The position numbers and the translations under genes are program-made. Shown here piece after piece: positions 30,065 to 44,435 of a stretch of DNA of 64,000 nucleotides; position 1 is the stretch's first letter, and each line of letters starts with the position of its first letter. The stretch comes from Candidatus Eiseniibacteriota bacterium (GTDB taxonomy: Bacteria; Eisenbacteria; RBG-16-71-46), in NCBI GenBank assembly GCA_963744995.1, contig CAVUWA010000010.1, positions 608,001-672,000 on the forward strand, written 5' to 3'. The notes beneath the pieces were generated by a model, which saw only the letters and a program-made list of their open reading frames with translations, was not told where the DNA came from and did not search any database.

Positions 30065-31858
30065 ATGAACCGCTGGCCCAGCCTGCTCGTCGTCCCGGCG
30101 TTCCTGGCGCTCGCCATCGTGATGACGTGGCCGCTCGTTCGTGAGATCGCCCACCACGTGCCCACGGTCGCCGGTCAGCCCGACGCCCTGCTGCAGGGGT
30201 TCATCCTCAACTGGGATCTGCGCACGCTGGTCACGCATCCGCTCGACGTCCTGAACCTCCCCATCTACCACCCGGAACGCAACGCGCTGACCTATACGGA
30301 CATGCATTTCGGCGAGGCGTTGGTGGCCGCACCGGCGGCCGCGCTGACCCGCAATCCGGCCGTGGCCTACAACAGCGTCGTGTTCTTCGCCTGCGTCGCA
30401 TCAGCTTGGGCGATGTACCGGCTGGTGCGGCTGTTCGGTATTTCGCGCGCCGGCGCGTTCGTGTGCGGTCTGCTGTTCGCGTTCGGCCCCTACCGCTTCG
30501 GCAGCATGGCGAACCTCAACCTGCTGCAGACGGAGTGGATTCCGCTCGGGTTGTTCTTCGCCTTTCGCGCAGCGTGGCGCGGCCGCACGCGAGACCTGAT
30601 GGCCGCCGGCCTGGTGCTCGCGCTGCAGTCCTACTTCAGCTGGTACTACACGTTCTACCTGGCTACGGCGCTGGCCCTGTTCGTCGCCTATCGCCTCGCC
30701 GGCGGGTGGCTGCGGCCACGCGAACTCGTCGGCCGGCGCGCGCTCGGCGTGGTGGCGGTGCTGGCGCTGGCCGTCCTGCCGACCGTGTTGCCGTACGTCG
30801 TGGAGCGCCTGACGGTGAGCGGCTTTCGCCGCACCCTCGGCATGGCGGCCGTGGCCTCCGCCGACGTCTTCGACTACTTGAGGGTCAACGTCCAGAACCG
30901 GCTGCTCGGCGGCGTGCCGTGGCTGAGCGGCGACCAGCCGTACTGGCCGGGCACGGTCGCGGTGACGCTGGCGGTGCTCGGCGTGTGGGCGGCGCGCCGC
31001 GGCGCATTCCCGGCGCGGGCAGCGGACGACGGGCCGCCGTCCCGATCGGAGGACTCCAGCGTCGGGAGGCGACCGCGCGGCTGGCCGGCGGCGCGCGCGT
31101 GGCTGCGCCGCACCGCGCGGCGCTGGCGGGCGCATGGGTACTTCCTGCTCCTCGCCGCCTCCGGGTTCGTGATCTCCCTCGGCCCCATCCTGCACGTCGG
31201 CGGACTTCGCCTGCCGGTACCGCTGCCCTATGCGGTGATGTTCTTCGTCGTCCCGGGCTACTCGAGCATGCGCGCGCCGGGCCGCTGCGCCGTGCTGGTG
31301 CTCACCGCGGTGGTCGCGCTCGCCGGCTTCGGCTACGAGTGGTGCAGGCGCCGTGCGCCCGCGGGCGCCGGGCGCACGTCTCTGTTCGCGGGGACGAGCG
31401 TCCTGGCGCTGGGGCTGGCCTGGTCGGTGCCGTTCCCGCTGGTGCGCTTCCCGATGCGCGCAGACATGCCGCCCATCTACCGCTGGCTCGCCGCCCAGCC
31501 GGACTCGCCGCCGATGCTCGATCTGCCGGTCCCGAGGACCGAGGCCGACGAAGGCGACCGCGACGTCACGCGACAGATCTACGCGCTCTATCATCGCAAG
31601 CCACTCGTCAACGGCACGAGCGGATTCGTGCCGCCGCGCCACCAGGCGATGCGCTACGCCATGCAGCGCTTCCCCGCGCAGGACGCCCTTCGGGCCGCGG
31701 CCGCGCTCGGCACCCGGATCGTCATCGTGCATTACGGCGACTGGCCGCCGGCCACGGCGGCGCGATTGCGCCGTGCGGCCGCGCGCGCCCCCGGGCTCGA
31801 GCAGGTGGCTGCCTTCGGCGATGACGTGGCCTACGTGCTCGAGCCCTCCCCCCGGTAG
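30065..31858 (+). CDS. Multi-TM GT-C-like (YfhO-like) membrane protein
   Basis: MTWPL, IYHPERNALTYTD, VPGYSSMRAPGR, H.KPLVNG.SGF. Confidence 0.7.
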   Translation: MNRWPSLLVVPAFLALAIVMTWPLVREIAHHVPTVAGQPDALLQGFILNWDLRTLVTHPLDVLNLPIYHPERNALTYTDMHFGEALVAAPAAALTRNPAVAYNSVVFFACVASAWAMYRLVRLFGISRAGAFVCGLLFAFGPYRFGSMANLNLLQTEWIPLGLFFAFRAAWRGRTRDLMAAGLVLALQSYFSWYYTFYLATALALFVAYRLAGGWLRPRELVGRRALGVVAVLALAVLPTVLPYVVERLTVSGFRRTLGMAAVASADVFDYLRVNVQNRLLGGVPWLSGDQPYWPGTVAVTLAVLGVWAARRGAFPARAADDGPPSRSEDSSVGRRPRGWPAARAWLRRTARRWRAHGYFLLLAASGFVISLGPILHVGGLRLPVPLPYAVMFFVVPGYSSMRAPGRCAVLVLTAVVALAGFGYEWCRRRAPAGAGRTSLFAGTSVLALGLAWSVPFPLVRFPMRADMPPIYRWLAAQPDSPPMLDLPVPRTEADEGDRDVTRQIYALYHRKPLVNGTSGFVPPRHQAMRYAMQRFPAQDALRAAAALGTRIVIVHYGDWPPATAARLRRAAARAPGLEQVAAFGDDVAYVLEPSPR

Positions 31859-32084
31859 GGCGGCCCGACGCTGCCGCGCGCAGCCCTCCGGACGCCCCGT
31901 TTTGCAGCGGCCTCGGCACGGTATAGTGTGGATGCCCTTCGAGGTTCAGCTGTTTCCCTTCTCATGCTTGAGAGCGATCACGATCCACCCTTGAACTTTC
32001 CGTTTTCCGCGGAACGGCAATCGGGTCCGGACGCTGCAGGCCGGGCCGGGTCGGATCTGCGTCACCGCACACCGAAAGGAACGG

Positions 32085-32480
32085 ATGAAGTGGTCAGATG
32101 AATTCGCGACCGGTCTCGAGCGCATCGACGAGCAGCACCGGATGCTCTTCAAGATCGCCGAGGACTTCCGGCTCGCGCTCGACGAGGGCGGCGGTGAACG
32201 CACCTACCCGCTCCTGCTCGAGGTGCTCTACGAGTACGCGCGGGCCCACTTCCAGTTCGAGGAAACCTGCATGGAGAAGTACGCATGCCCGCTGGCCGAG
32301 ACCAACCGCGAGGCCCATGCCGGATTCATCCGGATGCTCGCGGACTACAGGCAGCGCCTCGACTCGATCGGCTTTCGCAGCGCCGATGCCCATGCCCTGG
32401 TCAGCGGACTGGACCGCTGGCTCTCGAACCACATCTGCCGGATCGACATCGACCTCAGACGTGCCGTCCGCGGACAGTGA
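32085..32480 (+). CDS. Single-domain bacteriohemerythrin
   Basis: MKWSDEFATG..RIDEQH, HFQFEE, WLSNHICRID. Confidence 0.9.
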   Translation: MKWSDEFATGLERIDEQHRMLFKIAEDFRLALDEGGGERTYPLLLEVLYEYARAHFQFEETCMEKYACPLAETNREAHAGFIRMLADYRQRLDSIGFRSADAHALVSGLDRWLSNHICRIDIDLRRAVRGQ

Positions 32481-32713
32481 GGCCATCGCCCCTCCGCACC
32501 GCGCATCCGGCGCCTCGGTGAGCGGTGTGCCGCGCATCGCGCGCCACCCCCGGCCCCCGGGGCGAGGCGTCTTCGCCGGCGCCGATTGGCCGAATGCGCG
32601 CTACGATGCGCGTTGCGTCCTGTTTCGGCGAGGCCGTGGGGAGCGGGCCGTCCCCTTGAAAGGCGCTTCATCCATTCGGTGACCGGGCCCGGCCCGATCG
32701 GAGGCCGTTTCCT

Positions 32714-33895
32714 TTGAAGCGAACGCTGAGCCGGCTTCTCGCTCTGGGACTGCTGCTCGCGCTGGTGGCGCGCATCGCGTTCCAGCAGGGGTATTTCCAG
32801 TGGGACTTCTCGGTCTATCTCGCGGCCGTCGACCTGTTCCTGAAGGGCGGCGACCCGTACTCCATCCAGGCCCTTCAACAGAGCGGCGGCAGCGGGGGCC
32901 TCCCCTTCGTCTATCCGCCCCTCGCGCAGTTCTTCTTTCTGCCCTTTCACTTCCTTCCAGGTCCCGTCGCCTACGAAGTGTGGCTCGGGCTGAAGCTGCT
33001 CGCGCTCTATGGGCTCCTCCGGATCTGGAGACGCGAGGTCTTCCCGTTCGAGTGGAACTGGAAGACCATCCTCTTCCTGATCTTCGCCTTCAACGCCTGT
33101 ATCTACTGGGATCTGGCGGCCGGCAACGTGGCGCTGTTTCAGGTGTTCCTGATCTGGAGCGCGCTGGTCTGCTGGCGGCGGCGGCGGCATCTGCTGTTCG
33201 GGGTGCTGCTCGGGCTGGCGGCGCAGTTCAAGGTGACGCCGCTGTTCCTCTCGATCCTGCCGCTGGTTCTCGAGGAACGGATCAACGTGAAGGGCTTCCT
33301 GCTCGCGTTCCTGCCGGGAGCCGTGCTGCTCGGTCTCAACCCCGTGCTGTTCCCGCAGGCCACGCATCTCTTCGTGCAGGCGGCTTCGGTCCTCGATGAG
33401 CGCGGGCTCGCGGCGGCGTCGGGGCTCGCCCTGCTGCGGGACGCCGCGGACCTGGCCGGTTCGCTGGGACTTCCGCTGCCGGGCGCTCTGGACGAAGTTC
33501 TCTTCGGTGTCCTGGCGCTCGGAATCCTGGGAGGCAGTCTGGTGCTGCTCCGAAAGACGCGCCGTGCGGACGCACAGGGCAGACTGTTCTTCGTCCTCCT
33601 GACCTATCTTCTGATCCTCCCCAGGGTGAAGGCCTATTCCTACATCCTGGTCGTGATACCGAGTCTGGCCATTCTCCTCGGATCCCGCGAGAAGCTGCTG
33701 ATTCCGTTCCTCGTGTTGCTGACGGTGCTGCCGCATGCGAACTCCCCGCTCCCCCTGACGCGGGTCCTTCCGCTGCTCTCGGAATACACGCCGCTGTTTG
33801 CGCTGCTCGGGCTCTGGGCCGTGCAGGGCGCCGATCTGCTGCGCGAGGGCCGGAAGGTCGAAAACGGAGTCCCCGGCCGCGCCGCGAGCGGCTGA
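32714..33895 (+). CDS. GT87/DUF2029-like membrane glycosyltransferase
   Basis: DFSVY, PFVYPP, GNV and KVTP motifs; multiple TM segments. Confidence 0.75.
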   Translation: MKRTLSRLLALGLLLALVARIAFQQGYFQWDFSVYLAAVDLFLKGGDPYSIQALQQSGGSGGLPFVYPPLAQFFFLPFHFLPGPVAYEVWLGLKLLALYGLLRIWRREVFPFEWNWKTILFLIFAFNACIYWDLAAGNVALFQVFLIWSALVCWRRRRHLLFGVLLGLAAQFKVTPLFLSILPLVLEERINVKGFLLAFLPGAVLLGLNPVLFPQATHLFVQAASVLDERGLAAASGLALLRDAADLAGSLGLPLPGALDEVLFGVLALGILGGSLVLLRKTRRADAQGRLFFVLLTYLLILPRVKAYSYILVVIPSLAILLGSREKLLIPFLVLLTVLPHANSPLPLTRVLPLLSEYTPLFALLGLWAVQGADLLREGRKVENGVPGRAASG

Positions 33896-34130
33896 GCGCG
33901 ATTCCGGCCATCCCGCGGTCGCCCCTTCGCGGCGCCCGGAATGCCTGCGAAATTGCGGTCAAGATCGGGATTCTGCGCTGCGCCCCGCCCCGCCGGCCGT
34001 GGTAGGCTTTTCTTCCCTTCGCGGGCGTGGCGCTTTTCGATCCCCGCCCCGATTCGGGAGTCTCCCTCAGGCTGGCCGCTCCGACTGGATCTGCCGCAGC
34101 CGCAACGCACCCGCATCCGGAGGTGGCAAC

Positions 34131-35018
34131 ATGACGCGAAGGCTATTGGGCATCTCCACCCTGCTCTTCCTGCTCGCCGGTCCCGCCATGGCCCAGCCGG
34201 TCGTCGACGGGTCGATCGCCGGGGACGGCTACGGCCCGGCCGAGGCCGTGCAGACGGTCCAGACCAATTTCGGCGACAACTTGAGCGAACTGGACGCCGG
34301 CTACTGCACCGTCGTCAACGGCCGCTTCTATCTGGCGTTGACCGGCAACCTCGAGAACAACTTCAACAAGATCGAGCTCTTCATCGACTCGCGAGCGGGC
34401 GGCGAGAACGTGCTCAGCGGTCTGCCCGGCAACGACGGCTCGGGCAAGATGGCGGGGCTGACGTTCGATGCCGGATTCGCCCCCGATTTCTACGTGATCG
34501 CGCGTCACGGCTTCACGACGACGAGCGTGTTCGATCTCGACTTCGCCGAACTGGGCACGCCGAACTCCTCCTACTATGGGGACGTATTCGGCGGCGTGGA
34601 TCAGGGTTCCGCCCTCACGGGAATCGGGCTCAACGCTCAGCCCATCGGCGTCGGCTTCGACAACAGCAACGCCGCCGGCGTGCTCGGCGGCACCGGAGCC
34701 ACCAACCAGGCGAACGCCCTCGCGGTGCAGACCGGCCTCGAGCTCAGCTTCGACCTGGGCGACCTCGGCTACACGGGCGGCGACCTCCGCGTCTGTGCGT
34801 TCGTGAACGGGTCCAATCACGACTACGCGTCGAACCAGTTCCTCGGCGGTCTGCAGCCGCCGCAGGACAATCTGGGCGGCGACGGGAACGGCGTATTCAC
34901 CGGCGTTCTCGACTTCGATCTCAACAACTTCGCCGGCGACCAGTTCTTCATCTGCACCGGCAGTGCGACGCCGACGGAGAAGGTCACCTGGTCGAGAATC
35001 AAGTTGCTGTACCGCTGA
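34131..35018 (+). CDS. Secreted Gly/Asp/Asn-rich protein with C-terminal TWSRIKLLYR tail
   Basis: GGAGG RBS, signal peptide ending AMA, tail ATPTEKVTWSRIKLLYR. Confidence 0.85.
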   Translation: MTRRLLGISTLLFLLAGPAMAQPVVDGSIAGDGYGPAEAVQTVQTNFGDNLSELDAGYCTVVNGRFYLALTGNLENNFNKIELFIDSRAGGENVLSGLPGNDGSGKMAGLTFDAGFAPDFYVIARHGFTTTSVFDLDFAELGTPNSSYYGDVFGGVDQGSALTGIGLNAQPIGVGFDNSNAAGVLGGTGATNQANALAVQTGLELSFDLGDLGYTGGDLRVCAFVNGSNHDYASNQFLGGLQPPQDNLGGDGNGVFTGVLDFDLNNFAGDQFFICTGSATPTEKVTWSRIKLLYR

Positions 35019-35497
35019 CGCGATCCAGGCGGCGGCCTACCGCCGCCCGCTGAACACGACGCCGGAGCGGCCCCAGGCCGCCCCGGCGTTCGTTCGTCCG
35101 GACGACCTGCGGGCCGGCCCGCGGGATCGCCGTGGCGCCACGGCCGGGTGTGGGGCCGCCGATCCAGCCTGCGCCGCCGTGTCATGACGTCATGCGACCT
35201 GTCAGCGTCAGGGGCCGCAGCACCGTGTCCCGGGAGGGTCCGCGGACATGCCGGGCTCCCGCCCTGCATGTGCGGCGGGGCACCGGGCCCTGCGGCTAAT
35301 CCGTTGGGGCAGCATCAGGCGGCCGGGCCGGGCCGGGCCGTCGCGGGCCGCGGGCGCGGCGCGCGGCGTCCCGCCGGTCACCCGCCCGCCGGTGGCATAC
35401 GCGATGCAAGTCCATGCAGGTGTTTCGCTGCAGCAGGCGGTATCGGATCGTGCGGAAGCCGCCGCGGCCACTTCTCTCGCTCTCCGGGAGCACGCCC

Positions 35498-36889
35498 ATG
35501 TCCAGCCAGAATACGACTCGCGTCCTCATCATGGGAGCCGCAGGACGCGACTTCCATGATTTCAACGTCTACTGGAAACACGTTCCCGACACCGAGGTCG
35601 TCTGCTTCACCGCGACGCAGATTCCGGACATCGAGGGACGCGTCTATCCGCCCGAACTCGCCGGGTCGCGTTATCCGAACGGCATCCCCATTCACTCCGA
35701 AGAACGACTGGAGCAGCTGATCGCCGAGTACGAGGTGGACGTGGTCGGCTTCTCCTACTCGGACGTCTCGCACGAGTACGTCATGCATCAGGCGTCACGC
35801 GTGCAGGCGGCCGGCGCGCAGTTCGTCCTGCTGGGTCCGAACCAGACCATGCTGCGCAGCGTGAAACCCATCATCGCCGTCGGCGCGGTGCGCACCGGCT
35901 GCGGCAAGAGCCAGACCGCGCGGCGCGTGAGCCGGATCCTCAAGGGCATGGGGCTCAAAGTCGCCGTCGTGCGTCACCCGATGCCGTACGGCGATCTGTC
36001 GCTGCAGGTGTGCCAGCGGTTCACGAAGGTCGAGGATCTGACCGCACACCGCTGCACGATCGAAGAGCGCGAGGAGTACGAAGCCCACATCGAGATGGGC
36101 AACCTGATCTTCGCCGGCGTGGACTACGAGATCATCCTGCACGCCGCCGAGGCCGAAGCCGACGTCGTGCTCTGGGACGGCGGCAACAACGACACGCCGT
36201 TCTTCCGGCCCGACCTGAACATCGTCGTCGCCGATCCGCACCGCCCCGGGCACGAAATGCGCTACTACCCCGGCGAAACCAACGCCCGCATGGCGGACGT
36301 CCTGATCGTCAACAAGGTCGACACCGCGCGCGAAGAGGACGTCAGGAAGGTGGAGGACGATCTCCGGCGGATCAACCCGAAGGCGCGGCTGATGCGCGCC
36401 AATTCGCCGATCACCGTGCGTGACCCCGACCTGGTGCGCGGCAGGCGCGTGCTGGTGATCGAGGACGGCCCGACCCTGACCCATGGCGGAATGCCCTACG
36501 GCGCCGGAATCGTCGCGGCGAAGCGTCTGGAGCCGGCCGCGATCGTCGATCCGCGGCCGTACGCCGTGGGCTCGATTCGCGGGGTGTTCGAGAAGTTCAC
36601 GCACCTCACCGAAGTGCTGCCGGCGATGGGCTACGGCGACCGGCAGATCGCCGAGCTGTCCGCGACGATCGACGCCGTTCCCTGCGACACGGTGCTGGTC
36701 GCCACGCCGGTGGACCTCACCCGCGTGATCACGATGAGCAAGCCGGCGACCCGCGCCACGTACGAGCTCGACGAACACGACCCGACGCTGCTGGAGACGG
36801 AGATTGCAAAGGCCATTCAGCGGGTCGGGACGAAGGAGGGTCGCGAAGCGCAGGCCCGCACGGAGACGATGGATCCGGCGACGCACTGA
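35498..36889 (+). CDS. Cyclic 2,3-diphosphoglycerate synthase-like P-loop NTPase
   Basis: IMGAAGRDFH, AVRTGCGKSQ, RHPMPYG, WDGGNND, EDGPTLTHG. Confidence 0.85.
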   Translation: MSSQNTTRVLIMGAAGRDFHDFNVYWKHVPDTEVVCFTATQIPDIEGRVYPPELAGSRYPNGIPIHSEERLEQLIAEYEVDVVGFSYSDVSHEYVMHQASRVQAAGAQFVLLGPNQTMLRSVKPIIAVGAVRTGCGKSQTARRVSRILKGMGLKVAVVRHPMPYGDLSLQVCQRFTKVEDLTAHRCTIEEREEYEAHIEMGNLIFAGVDYEIILHAAEAEADVVLWDGGNNDTPFFRPDLNIVVADPHRPGHEMRYYPGETNARMADVLIVNKVDTAREEDVRKVEDDLRRINPKARLMRANSPITVRDPDLVRGRRVLVIEDGPTLTHGGMPYGAGIVAAKRLEPAAIVDPRPYAVGSIRGVFEKFTHLTEVLPAMGYGDRQIAELSATIDAVPCDTVLVATPVDLTRVITMSKPATRATYELDEHDPTLLETEIAKAIQRVGTKEGREAQARTETMDPATH

Positions 36890-37491
36890 GGGCGTTCCGC
36901 GCGCGTCGGCTCGCCCGATTCGCGCGGGCCGGAAAGCGGGAGCGTTGCAGGCGCTCCGCTGTCGGACGGGCCGGAGCGGTTCCAGCAGCTCCGGCCCGGT
37001 TCCGTCCGGGCACCCGCTGCCGCGCTCAGAACGCGATCCCGGCGTGCAGCTCGATCGAGGCCGCGCGTTCGGCGCCCCAGCCGGTCGCTGCCACCACCTC
37101 CATCATGAACGCCGGACCCGTCGCCGGCACCGTCAGCCAGCCGCCCGCCCATTGCACGAAGGGAGAGCCGCTCTTGCGCTGCCCGCGGTGCGCTGCGCCC
37201 GCGGCGTCCACCGTCGAGACCGGAGCGTCGAGGAGGCCGGCGCCGGCACCGGCCTCCTGATAGGTCCGCAGCCGGCCCGCCGTGCGGGAGACGCGCCCAT
37301 CCAGCGCCAGCCCCGTCCAGCGGATCGAGCCGGTCCGGTGGGCCGGTCCGTGCTGCGATGCCCGGCCGCGATGGCGCGCGGGCAGACGCCGGGCGGCCGT
37401 TGACGAACGACCCCGGGGCCGCCGCATGCGAGACGCCGGGACGGATCCATCCGCCCCGGCGCGCCTCGTTCGAACGACCTGCCGGGGCCTG

Positions 37492-37764
37492 CTACTTCGT
37501 CCCGAGCGCCTCGATCGCATCCGCGAGCACCGTGGCCCGGTTCTTCGACACCTCGAAGAACCCGCCGTTCACGCGATAGCGGGTGTCGCGACCGCCCGGT
37601 GCGCGCACCGTGAGCGTGCCTTCGCGCATCCCGGTCACCAGCGCGGCGTGATTCGCGAGCACGCCCAGGTAGCCTTCGCTGCCCGGCACCTCGACGTACT
37701 CCACCGCGCCCTCGAACACGGATCTTTCGGGCGTCAGGATGCTGAGCTCGAACTCGGTCGCCAT
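37492..37764 (-). CDS. atpC: ATP synthase epsilon subunit (short, 90 aa)
   Basis: ILTPERSVF, VPGSEGYLGVLANHA, GGFFEV. Confidence 0.93.
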   Translation of the reverse strand: MATEFELSILTPERSVFEGAVEYVEVPGSEGYLGVLANHAALVTGMREGTLTVRAPGGRDTRYRVNGGFFEVSKNRATVLADAIEALGTK

Positions 37765-37768
37765 GACG

Positions 37769-40035
<2,267 letters not shown>

Positions 40036-40040
40036 TCGTC

Positions 40041-41549
<1,509 letters not shown>

Positions 41550-41589
41550 TGGGTATGACCCCGTTCGTGTGTGTCGTTGCGGATGGCGG

Positions 41590-42135
41590 CTAGACGCTCA
41601 CTTCGCGCAGCTGGTGCTCGATGGACTCGAGCAGCGTTCGCACCGAGCGATCGATCACGCGATCGCCGATGCGGACGAGCGCCCCGCCGAGCAGCTCCTC
41701 TTCCACCTCGGCCGCGAGCTTCACCTTCTTCTTCGTGTAGTTTTCGAGCACCGCGAGCAGCTTCGCCGTCTCGTCGGACGTCAGCGGCACGGCACTCACG
41801 ACCTGCACGCGCTGAATGCCCTGCGCGTGCTCGACCAGCGCTTCGAACTCGCTGACGATCGTCTCGAACTCGCGCATCCGCCGCTTGCGCAGCAGCAGCT
41901 CGAGAAACAGGATGACGACCGTCTCCACGCGGCCTTCGAGGCTCCTGCGCAGCGCCTCGCGCTTGTCCACAAGCCGCACCTGCGGACTGGCGAGCTGACG
42001 GCTCACCGCCGAGCCCGGCGCCAGCACGACCGCGAGCCCCTTCAGGTCCTCGAGTACGCGCACGGTTTCGCCGCGCTTCTCGGTCACCGAGAACAGCGCG
42101 ACGGCGTAGCGCGAAGCGACGGCCGTATCTCTCAC
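41590..42135 (-). CDS. atpH: ATP synthase delta subunit
   Basis: [28 protein letters not shown]. Confidence 0.94.
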   Translation of the reverse strand: MRDTAVASRYAVALFSVTEKRGETVRVLEDLKGLAVVLAPGSAVSRQLASPQVRLVDKREALRRSLEGRVETVVILFLELLLRKRRMREFETIVSEFEALVEHAQGIQRVQVVSAVPLTSDETAKLLAVLENYTKKKVKLAAEVEEELLGGALVRIGDRVIDRSVRTLLESIEHQLREVSV

Positions 42136-42623
42136 CGGAGGGCTCCGACCTCGTCGACGAACTCCCCGACCAGCTTGCGCTGCGCGGGATCGTCGAGCTT
42201 CTGGCGCAGGATCTTCTCCGCAGTCCGGATGGACATGTGAACGACCTGCTCCTTGAGCGTCTCCTTGGCCTTCTCCCGTTCGCGTTCGATCTCGTCTTCG
42301 GCGCGCTGCAGGCGCTGCTGCGCCTCGTGCTGCGCCTGCGACTTGATCTCGGCCGCGACCTTCTGGCCTTCGGTCACCGCTTCGTTCAACTTCTGGCGGG
42401 CGTGCACGTCGATGCTGCGCATCTCCTGCTCGAAGCGCGACCTGGCCTCTTCGGCCTCGCCCTTGAGCCGCTCCGCCTCCTTGAACTCGCCGGCGATCCG
42501 TTCACGCCGCTCGTCGAGCAGCGCCAGAACCGGCGCCCACGCGTAGCGTCGCAGAATCCAGACCATGAGCAGAAAGCCGATGATCTGGGTGAGGACCTGG
42601 CGGACATCAATCAAACCGTTCAT
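42132..42623 (-). CDS. atpF: ATP synthase Fo subunit b
   Basis: N-terminal TM, WAPV..LLDERRERI, coiled coil. Confidence 0.94.
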   Translation of the reverse strand: MNGLIDVRQVLTQIIGFLLMVWILRRYAWAPVLALLDERRERIAGEFKEAERLKGEAEEARSRFEQEMRSIDVHARQKLNEAVTEGQKVAAEIKSQAQHEAQQRLQRAEDEIEREREKAKETLKEQVVHMSIRTAEKILRQKLDDPAQRKLVGEFVDEVGALR

Positions 42624-42704
42624 GACGACTCCGATCCCCGGGGAATCCGCGCGCCGCGACGCCCGTCGCGATCGCCCGCACCCGGTCCGGAAAAGGCGGC
42701 GCGA

Positions 42705-42956
<252 letters not shown>

Positions 42957-44411
42957 TTAGACCTGGTGAGCGTGTTGCACCACCGCCTCGTGCTCGTGCT
43001 CATGGTCGTCATGAGGAAGCATGAGGAGGAAGTAGATCGTGCTGAGCACGGTGAAGATCATCGCCTGAATCGCGCCCGTGAGCAGGGCGAGGAACATGAA
43101 CGGCAGCTGCAGCGGGAGTCCGAACGGCAGCCCCAGAAAGGAGATGCTCGTGACGCCGAGTGTCGCGAACGCGACCAGCAGCATGTCCTCGCCGAACACG
43201 TTGCCGAACAGTCGCGCGGCGAGCGAGATCGGCTTTGCGAATTCGCCGAGCACGTGGATCGGCAGCATCAGCGGCACCAGACACCAGCTGATGAGATTGC
43301 GCGGATTGCCGGCGAGGTGGTCGAGCCAGCCGATCACGCCGAGCTCGCGGAAACCGATGAACTGGGCATAGACGAACACCGTCACCGCGAGCGCCGCGGT
43401 CACGTTGAGGCTCGAGGTCGGCGAGTCGAGGAACGGCACCAGGCCCGCGTAGTTCATGCACAGGATGTAGATGAACAGCGTGCCCAGGAACGGCACGTAG
43501 CGCGGCCCGTGCTTCTCGCCGAGGATCCCGACGAAGAAGTCGTAGCCGGCCTGCACCAGGAACTCGACCGCGCCCTGGAAGCGTCCCGGAATCATCTCCC
43601 GCTTTGCGGCCGCGGCGCGCGCAACGAAGCTGATCAGGCCCGCGAAGAACAGCGAGAACAGGATCACTTCCCATTCGTGCAGCCAGCGCGCCCAGCCGGC
43701 GTCCGGGAAGGCGCGGGCGATGATGGTGATGACGTTGGCGAACTTCTGCGGGCCCTGCTCTTCGCCGTGGCCGCCTGCGTGTCCGGCGCCCTCGTGCGGG
43801 GCTTCGGCCTGCGTCCCGCCGTGCGCTCCGGCGGCGCCTTCGTGCGGCGCCTCGGCCTGCGTCTCGCCGTGCGCTTCGGGCGTCGCCTGGGCCACTTCGG
43901 CCGGCGCCGCTGCGCTCGCCACGGTCGTCGCGCGCGCCGGCGCGGCGGAAGGCATCGGCCACACCGACAGCGCGGCATACGCGGCGAGGCCGAGCGCGGC
44001 GAGAATCGCGCCGTTGCGGCGCGGATGGCGCGCGAGACGCGACCAGAGCCGCGAGCCCACGAGCAGCAGCGAAGCCGCTTTGCCCACGATCACCGCGAAC
44101 GGCACCAGGAACCCCGCGAGCAGCCAGACCGGCACGAGCCGCGCGAGCAGCAGGCCGCCCACGCCGAACCACGCCAGCATGCACGCGGCCGAGCCCCAGG
44201 TGCGCAGCGCCCTGCCGAAAGACTCGGGCGCGTGGCCGGTGAGGGCGACGACCAGGACCTGGAGCAGCGCGAGATTGACCAGCGACCAGATCACACCGCT
44301 CGCGACCGACAGCCCCTGGACCGGACCCGCATAGGTCAGTGTCATGAGGGCTGCCAGGCCGCCCAGCCAGAGCGAGGTCGTGCGCACGCGCGCGAGGAAT
44401 TCGAGACCCAT
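42957..44411 (-). CDS. atpB: ATP synthase Fo subunit a with N-terminal AtpI-like extension
   Basis: C-terminal KPISLAARLFGNVFGED and IQAMIFTVLS; about 230 extra N-terminal residues (TM helices plus a His-rich linker). Confidence 0.9.
   Translation of the reverse strand: MGLEFLARVRTTSLWLGGLAALMTLTYAGPVQGLSVASGVIWSLVNLALLQVLVVALTGHAPESFGRALRTWGSAACMLAWFGVGGLLLARLVPVWLLAGFLVPFAVIVGKAASLLLVGSRLWSRLARHPRRNGAILAALGLAAYAALSVWPMPSAAPARATTVASAAAPAEVAQATPEAHGETQAEAPHEGAAGAHGGTQAEAPHEGAGHAGGHGEEQGPQKFANVITIIARAFPDAGWARWLHEWEVILFSLFFAGLISFVARAAAAKREMIPGRFQGAVEFLVQAGYDFFVGILGEKHGPRYVPFLGTLFIYILCMNYAGLVPFLDSPTSSLNVTAALAVTVFVYAQFIGFRELGVIGWLDHLAGNPRNLISWCLVPLMLPIHVLGEFAKPISLAARLFGNVFGEDMLLVAFATLGVTSISFLGLPFGLPLQLPFMFLALLTGAIQAMIFTVLSTIYFLLMLPHDDHEHEHEAVVQHAHQV
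43785..43875. repeat. Two-copy 48-bp tandem repeat in the atpB linker
   Basis: Encodes AHGETQAEAPHEGA and AHGGTQAEAPHEGA. Confidence 0.8.
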
Positions 44412-44435
44412 TCGTACCTCAGGGACGCGGCGGGC

